From positions 280,079 to 344,078 of the forward strand of contig CAIRNR010000007.1 in the NCBI GenBank assembly GCA_903879985.1: 64,000 nucleotides of DNA. Reading direction: 5' to 3'. Of the stretch, positions 58,576 through 64,000 are shown one piece after another. The stretch is from an uncultured candidate division WWE3 bacterium. Lineage in GTDB: Bacteria > Patescibacteriota > WWE3 > UBA101185 > UBA10185. The stretch's first letter is position 1. Each line of letters opens with the position of its first letter. The notes beneath the pieces are model-generated. The model was not told the origin of the DNA and did not search any database. It saw nothing but the letters and a program-made list of their open reading frames with translations. The translations under genes and the position numbers were made by a program.

Positions 58576-59145
58576 ATGTTTTCAAGAGTACTAATAAAAC
58601 TTATTGATCAAGCTATTCTACCTGCCATTGTACTCTTGGTTGTCAGAATATTGTCGGTGATAATGATATCAAAATACGCAGGAATAAACTTTTCAATCGA
58701 ACGAACAAGTCTCAACTATTCCAATTTAAGCGATTATATTTTAGTAAATTCATATTCTTTATTGTTTATGGTCGTAGTTTTGGCGTCCGGACTTTTTTAC
58801 ATTATTTTTAAAACACTTGTTTTCCATGAAACTCATATAACACCAACTTTAACGGCAAAATTATTTTCGCTTGGTATGCCGTCGTTTATTCAATCTTCCT
58901 ACGACTTATACACACAAGGCGCCATTTGGCTTTCATATTCATATTTATTACTGTTTGTTACAGGGGTTATGACTATCTTTCAGCTGGTTTACCCGATGAT
59001 ATTTATAATAGCCGGCGGACTTACCGTTGTTTCTACAGTTTTACTGGTATTGGATATAGAACAAGAACTTGATATTTCAAAAACTAAGGGACCTACTCTC
59101 GATAATGACACTAGATTTATAGATTTGGAGGTAGACGTAGAATGA
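58576..59145 (+). CDS. membrane hypothetical protein
   Basis: Several TM helices. Confidence 0.35.
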   Translation: MFSRVLIKLIDQAILPAIVLLVVRILSVIMISKYAGINFSIERTSLNYSNLSDYILVNSYSLLFMVVVLASGLFYIIFKTLVFHETHITPTLTAKLFSLGMPSFIQSSYDLYTQGAIWLSYSYLLLFVTGVMTIFQLVYPMIFIIAGGLTVVSTVLLVLDIEQELDISKTKGPTLDNDTRFIDLEVDVE

Positions 59146-59414
59146 TGAAAAACTTGCACAAATTATTTGCAAACTCTTTACTGGTTTCCGGACTTTTTGT
59201 GTTGTTCGGAATTCCTTTGGTGTCTTTAGGATTTATTTCTTCTCATTCTGTACAAGTAAATAATGATGTTCTATCGGCATCCGATACAAAAACCAACGAA
59301 GATATAGAAACAAGAAAACTAATTGAGAAATTTAAAAAGGAAATGCAAGATCAAGAACTGAAACAGGCTTCGGAAGCAGCACAAACATCTGAAACATCAA
59401 CCGACGTAAGGTAA
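59142..59414 (+). CDS. small membrane-anchored hypothetical protein
   Basis: 4-nt overlap with the upstream gene and an N-terminal TM segment. Confidence 0.3.
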   Translation: MMKNLHKLFANSLLVSGLFVLFGIPLVSLGFISSHSVQVNNDVLSASDTKTNEDIETRKLIEKFKKEMQDQELKQASEAAQTSETSTDVR

Positions 59415-60347
59415 GAAAAACATTATTCCAAAAGTTACTAATCCCCACAAAACAACAGCAAGTAATAAAGGTCTATCTGATAACAAAATTCTTTCCGGAG
59501 ACTCGCCCTCACCTTTTTCGTAAACAACATACAAATAACGAGCAACTCCGTAAATAACAAAAGGAATTGTTAACATCATCCAACGTGGGCTTTTTAAAAT
59601 AGATGGCAGATAGTTTGATAATTCCACGCTAATTCTTTGGGGAGCAATTTGGAAAACAAACATAGAATAGCTAATTATTGTGTATGCCGCCGAAATAGAC
59701 ATCATGCTGTCTAAAAGATTGTCTGGATAATGGCGCAATGTACTTCTGGTTTCACCTTGTTTTTGTTCCAACGCATATTTTGACATAATGGTTTTTTCAG
59801 ATCGTCTTTTTCCGAAAGCTAACAATAACGAAACGCCGATTGTTGTTAATCCAAGCCAGGACGAAACCGAGGTATTAGTAGCTAAACCACCAGCGAAAAC
59901 TCTCAATACAAAACCCGAAGCCACGACCAAAGAATCAAGGATAATTACATTTCTAAAATATAAGGAATACGAAAGCTGAATTAACACATACGCAATCAAA
60001 GCTAAAGTGTAGAAAGTGCCTATATAAACTGTTGAGCCAATAAGAGCGCCAAAAACCAAAACCATGGCCACACTAAAAGCCAAACCAGCGGAAAGCGTTC
60101 CTGAAGCAATAGGACGATTTTTCTTGATTGGGTGCAAACGATCCTTTGGCGCGTCAATGATGTCATTAACAAGGTATGCACCTGAAGAAAGCGCACAGAA
60201 CGCGACAAAAGCCTTTATAGCAAGGTCTAGCGTGTGTCCCGATAGAATCATGCCGGTAAACAAAGGTGCCGCAAATAAACTTAGGTTTTTAAGCCATTGT
60301 CTGGGACGAGCGGTACGTATGATTTGATATATAGTAAAGAACATCAT
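59397..60347 (-). CDS. UbiA-family polyprenyl-phosphate (phosphoribosyl)transferase-like
   Basis: NDIIDAPKDRLHPIKKNRPIASG is the UbiA Asp-rich motif. A second motif is YxxxD-like. 8-9 TM segments. Confidence 0.65.
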   Translation of the reverse strand: MMFFTIYQIIRTARPRQWLKNLSLFAAPLFTGMILSGHTLDLAIKAFVAFCALSSGAYLVNDIIDAPKDRLHPIKKNRPIASGTLSAGLAFSVAMVLVFGALIGSTVYIGTFYTLALIAYVLIQLSYSLYFRNVIILDSLVVASGFVLRVFAGGLATNTSVSSWLGLTTIGVSLLLAFGKRRSEKTIMSKYALEQKQGETRSTLRHYPDNLLDSMMSISAAYTIISYSMFVFQIAPQRISVELSNYLPSILKSPRWMMLTIPFVIYGVARYLYVVYEKGEGESPERILLSDRPLLLAVVLWGLVTFGIMFFLPYVG

Positions 60348-60376
60348 TAGTATAATATGTGTTTTTTGCTAATTTC

Positions 60377-61033
60377 TCAACTTTCAATAATATAGCCATA
60401 CCCGTGACGAGTCTTAATTACGTCTTTTCCCAGCTTTTCACGAATACGCCGTATGTGCACTTCAACAGTATTTGAGGCAACGTCCAAGCCAATATCCCAA
60501 ACATGTTCCAGTATTCTTTCTACCGAAACCACCTGATTTATATTCAAAAGTAAATATTCCACCAAATCAAACTCTTTTCGGCACATATAAACTTCGCAGC
60601 CATCTAAAAAAACTTTCCGCTTCTTTAAATCCAGTGTAATTCCATTATATGAAATTTCCTTTGAACTTGGTGATAAACATTTTCTACGAATTAAAGCTTT
60701 TAAACATGCGCGCATTTCCAAGGTATCCACAGGACGTGATATGTAAGCGTCGGCCCCCGATTCAAGAACTTTAACTTTATGATAAACACAATGTCTGTCT
60801 GAAATAAAAAGTATCGGGATAGATTCACTTTGTAACCTAACGATTTTACAAATTTCTAAACTCGTTGTATCAGTTACATTTCCAAAAATAATTAAAGCGT
60901 CGTAATCAACCACATCACAACAATAATTAACGTCTTTATAAGCATTTGCTAGGTCAACGACGAAGTCTTTTTTCACTTCGTGAAGCACTAAATTCAAACA
61001 GATGTCATCGTTCTTGGCTAATAAAACACGCAT
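60377..61033 (-). CDS. OmpR-family response regulator with atypical (Asp-less) receiver
   Basis: C-terminal winged helix (VHIRRIREKLG ... GYGY). N-terminal receiver-like fold where the phospho-acceptor position reads YDALIIFGNVTD, with no conserved D at the end of beta3. Confidence 0.6.
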   Translation of the reverse strand: MRVLLAKNDDICLNLVLHEVKKDFVVDLANAYKDVNYCCDVVDYDALIIFGNVTDTTSLEICKIVRLQSESIPILFISDRHCVYHKVKVLESGADAYISRPVDTLEMRACLKALIRRKCLSPSSKEISYNGITLDLKKRKVFLDGCEVYMCRKEFDLVEYLLLNINQVVSVERILEHVWDIGLDVASNTVEVHIRRIREKLGKDVIKTRHGYGYIIES

Positions 61034-61157
61034 CTAAATGAACCGCAAAAAACTACAACATAGTAAATATAATAGTCCGATTATGAATAAAAGATGAAAT
61101 CAGAATTAACCAGGATTTGCGTTTATTGTCTATATGTCATAAAATTTTTGTACACTT

Positions 61158-61634
61158 ATGCTTCTCACACCTCATACAGTAGTGGGCGTAGCAATTGCCA
61201 TGGCAATACCAAACCCTTTAATAGCAGTACCGGTAGCTTTCGTCTTTCATTTTTTGGGAGATTTAGTTCCTCACTGGGATTTTTATTCAAATACTAAACG
61301 CGAAGAACGCTTAGAAGGTTGGCGTCCTATGGCTGTTATGGGAGAAATGGCAATTGGAGTTGCCGTAGGAGTTTATTTTACTTTACATGCGCTTTGGGTA
61401 ATGCATAATCCGGCTTTAAGTTTAAACATCTTCTTGTGTGGAATTGCATCGGTATTACCAGATGTTATTACAGGACCTTCAATTTATATTAAGGGAATTG
61501 ATAGTATTTTTGATTTCGTACACAAACTACAACACAAACTGCAATTTCAGGCACCACTTCCTTGGGGAGTTATTTCACAGTTTGCTGTGATGGGTCTTTG
61601 CTTGTTACTGATCGCAAGTTTAGGAGGATTATAA
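61158..61634 (+). CDS. small polytopic membrane protein
   Basis: 4 hydrophobic helices. Confidence 0.35.
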   Translation: MLLTPHTVVGVAIAMAIPNPLIAVPVAFVFHFLGDLVPHWDFYSNTKREERLEGWRPMAVMGEMAIGVAVGVYFTLHALWVMHNPALSLNIFLCGIASVLPDVITGPSIYIKGIDSIFDFVHKLQHKLQFQAPLPWGVISQFAVMGLCLLLIASLGGL

Positions 61635-63078
61635 AGAACGCAACGATTCCGGATACGATTAGTGCTACCTGTAACATATATTTTTCTGGCGATAAAAGTC
61701 CAATCATTCCAAAAACAACAGTAGTTAACCAATAAAATGTGGCGATCTTTTTTGGACTCCATCCGTGGTCTAACAATAAGTGATGCAAATGGCCACGATC
61801 TCCTACCAATGGATTTTTACGTTGGAAAATTCTGCGAATAACCGTTACAAAAGCATCCATAAATGGAATTAGTATTATTAAAATAGAAACCACAATTTTA
61901 GCCTGCACCGAAATAGAAAGCACACCCAAAATTAACCCCGCGGTCATCGCACCAAACCCCCACATAATCTTAGAAGGATGCCAAGTGTATTTTGTAAAAC
62001 CAAACGCAGCACCTGCACTTATAGCCGCTAAAATAGCTGTTTGTGTTTGAACTAACTCTAAAGGATTAAATCTCAAGGCCAGGACAACAATAAACAAAGA
62101 CGCAATGCCAACAATTCCACCATATTGTCCATCAATTCCATTAGACCAAGATAAAACATTCATCAACCAAACGATCCAAATTATGGTAACAACTGCAGCA
62201 ATAACAGGTACAGAATAACTTCCAAATGAAAAAACAAATCCCTTTAAAAACAATAAACCGCCAAGTGGATTATTTATGAAGTCAAAAATTATTCCGGATA
62301 AAACCACAGGCGTAACCGAAATAACTAAAAGAATTAGACGCACAAGCGGATTTTCCAATAATCTAAAATCTGATGTCGGATGAGTATTCTGGAAATCATC
62401 CATTAAACCCAAAAGAGCTAACATGAAAACTGACAAATAAATTCCTAAAAAGTATTTTTGAAAACCCACATACAAAATAGAAATAAACAAAAAAACAATG
62501 GCGTAAATAAATCCACCACCTCTAGCAGACGGTTCACGTAATACCATAGCAGGATGACTATGAACAAAAGGGTTTGTAACAAGTTTTTTACGATGAGCAT
62601 AATCAATAAAATAAGGCAAAACAAAGTAAACAGTAAAAAAAGCGGCTAAAAATGGTGAAAGCATATTTAGGTAAAGTGGGTTAATCAGTGGTGGAAAAGG
62701 AATGGAAGCTACGTGCACAATTCTGATTAGGGAATAAGTTAGAAATAAATTACAAAAAGTAACACTAGCCCAAATAATACTGGAAAGATAGCGTATATAA
62801 AATTTATCAAATAAAACTAAAAGCGCACCGAGAACAAAAATGAAACTAGCTACAAGAGGAATTAAATAAATCAGAGTTTTTGGTGCAAGTTGTAAATCAC
62901 CCCAAGGTTTATTTAACCAAAATGGAATTACGTCGTTGATATACGTGAAGCGCAGATATATATACAAAAATTGAAACAGAATAATTAAACCATTAATAAC
63001 ATAAAACGAAGAAACCTTCTTTTTTATTTGGGCAGAAGCCGCATAAAAATTTAAATGTATGGTTTGGGTCAGTTTCAT
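61570..63078 (-). CDS. GT4 polyprenyl-phosphate HexNAc-1-phosphate transferase (MraY/WecA family) with extra N-terminal TM domain
   Basis: GLMDDFQN (DDxxD block), NVLSWSNGIDGQYGG (NxxNxxDGxDGL), GDRGHLHHLLLDHGW (HHH block). Confidence 0.6.
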   Translation of the reverse strand: MKLTQTIHLNFYAASAQIKKKVSSFYVINGLIILFQFLYIYLRFTYINDVIPFWLNKPWGDLQLAPKTLIYLIPLVASFIFVLGALLVLFDKFYIRYLSSIIWASVTFCNLFLTYSLIRIVHVASIPFPPLINPLYLNMLSPFLAAFFTVYFVLPYFIDYAHRKKLVTNPFVHSHPAMVLREPSARGGGFIYAIVFLFISILYVGFQKYFLGIYLSVFMLALLGLMDDFQNTHPTSDFRLLENPLVRLILLVISVTPVVLSGIIFDFINNPLGGLLFLKGFVFSFGSYSVPVIAAVVTIIWIVWLMNVLSWSNGIDGQYGGIVGIASLFIVVLALRFNPLELVQTQTAILAAISAGAAFGFTKYTWHPSKIMWGFGAMTAGLILGVLSISVQAKIVVSILIILIPFMDAFVTVIRRIFQRKNPLVGDRGHLHHLLLDHGWSPKKIATFYWLTTVVFGMIGLLSPEKYMLQVALIVSGIVAFFIILLNLRSVTSKDPSQQTVK

Positions 63079-63081
63079 TTT

Positions 63082-64000
63082 TTACCTGACTTTCGGCATG
63101 TAATACAAGTCCTTCATCTTTTTACCGAAAAGCATTCTTGTTTGAGCGTCGACCCATGGGAAGAAAGAGTATGTTAATAAGTTAAGCATTATTAACGGAC
63201 CTTCTAAATACACCGGAATTTTTTGCCAAAAGTGCCAATTCTTTGGCATAGGACTGACTAACTTCATTCTGTAATACGTAGCTGGAATAATGAATACCAA
63301 AGTTACGGTTAGAATTTGGCTCATAATGTTGGGCAAAGAGTATGCAAAGTTAGATTGTTTAACGTAGGGATTTACCAATGTAACAAGACTAAATCCAAAG
63401 GTAATCAAAAAAACCATGTTCACCAAAATAACGCGTCTTTCTAAAAGTTTGGCTAACCATCCAAGCTTTTTTGAAAGAGGAAGTTTGTTGTTTTTCAAGA
63501 ATTCTTTCATGGATAATGGAAAATCAATTGCTCCCCAACCCCAGCGCAACAACTGGCGATACATACTAATATGTGAATCTATAAAATTCTTACCTTCAAC
63601 GGCATCTGCAGAATAAGGAATATAGTGACACACACCGTCAAAATCTCCGTTGCGCACGAAAAAAGATCTCCAATAAAAAATGGTGTCATCAATACCTAAA
63701 GTAACATCCCAATAATTTGCATCAATTAATGTTTGCAAAGATGCAGAGTAAGCAGAAAAACTATCTTTTAAAGCACCTTTTGTAGCACTCCAGTCAGACA
63801 AACTTCCCATTGTGACTGCGTTGGCTTCGATGCGCATCATCATTGGCACACGCCACAAATTATTGTTAAACAAATGAACAGCCGTGGAATAATAGTGGTT
63901 ATCTCGGCGAGATGTCGATAAATATAAATGGGACAATCGAGTTATGTACTGAGAATTCATCACGTGATCAGCGTCAATTGTGCTGAAAATGTAATTCCTA
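63082..64000 (-). CDS. processive family-2 glycosyltransferase, 5'-truncated by window edge
   Basis: MYRQLLRWGWGAID is the QxxRW motif of cellulose/chitin-synthase-like GT2. C-terminal TM helices. The frame stays open past position 64000. Confidence 0.5.
   Translation of the reverse strand, partial: RNYIFSTIDADHVMNSQYITRLSHLYLSTSRRDNHYYSTAVHLFNNNLWRVPMMMRIEANAVTMGSLSDWSATKGALKDSFSAYSASLQTLIDANYWDVTLGIDDTIFYWRSFFVRNGDFDGVCHYIPYSADAVEGKNFIDSHISMYRQLLRWGWGAIDFPLSMKEFLKNNKLPLSKKLGWLAKLLERRVILVNMVFLITFGFSLVTLVNPYVKQSNFAYSLPNIMSQILTVTLVFIIPATYYRMKLVSPMPKNWHFWQKIPVYLEGPLIMLNLLTYSFFPWVDAQTRMLFGKKMKDLYYMPKVR

Noticed and set aside
1-64000. CRISPR arrays, diversity-generating retroelements, IS/transposases
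   Set aside because: No direct-repeat/spacer periodicity noticed. No reverse-transcriptase YxDD motif and no transposase/DDE or TnpB-like protein among the ORFs.

Overview
The window is a dense, AT-rich (by eye), gene-packed bacterial chromosome segment coding on both strands. Its gene content resembles a small-genome, Patescibacteria/CPR-like or Gram-positive-like organism; I cannot confirm the lineage without searches.

Recognisable housekeeping genes:
- rpmH-rnpA-yidD-yidC-jag-dnaN cluster, with rpmH missing from the ORF track
- RNase P RNA
- four tRNAs: Glu-CUC, Gln-CUG, Pro-GGG, Cys-GCA
- groES-groEL
- a short alaS
- miaA-miaB, tsaE with a truncated tsaB, and csaA
- ftsE-ftsX with a PcsB-like hydrolase, and mltG
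- rnhA and a dnaQ-like exonuclease

A large share of the window encodes cell-envelope and glycan biosynthesis:
- several GT2/GtrB-like glycosyltransferases, two GT-C-like membrane proteins, and a WecA/MraY-like transferase
- UbiA, Wzy-like and Wzz-like proteins, and a partial QxxRW processive GT2
- SDR epimerases, an SGNH+AT3 (OatA-like) pair, VanW, VanZ and DsbA

Most unusual:
- a VirB4-ATPase-centred T4SS-like module (41.4-46.2 kb) with uncharacterised partners
- a 1041-aa protein fusing a probably catalytically dead SDR to a huge extracytoplasmic domain
- a soluble 689-aa protein with tandem GGDEF-type cyclase domains (one degenerate, one canonical)
- a KamB/NpmA-like 16S rRNA m1A1408 methyltransferase homolog
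- a pol-beta-type nucleotidyltransferase next to rnhA
- an unexplained GC-rich non-coding element beside tRNA-Glu
- a recurring extended -10 (TGnTAnAAT) motif upstream of RNA genes

I found no CRISPR array, transposase or reverse transcriptase.
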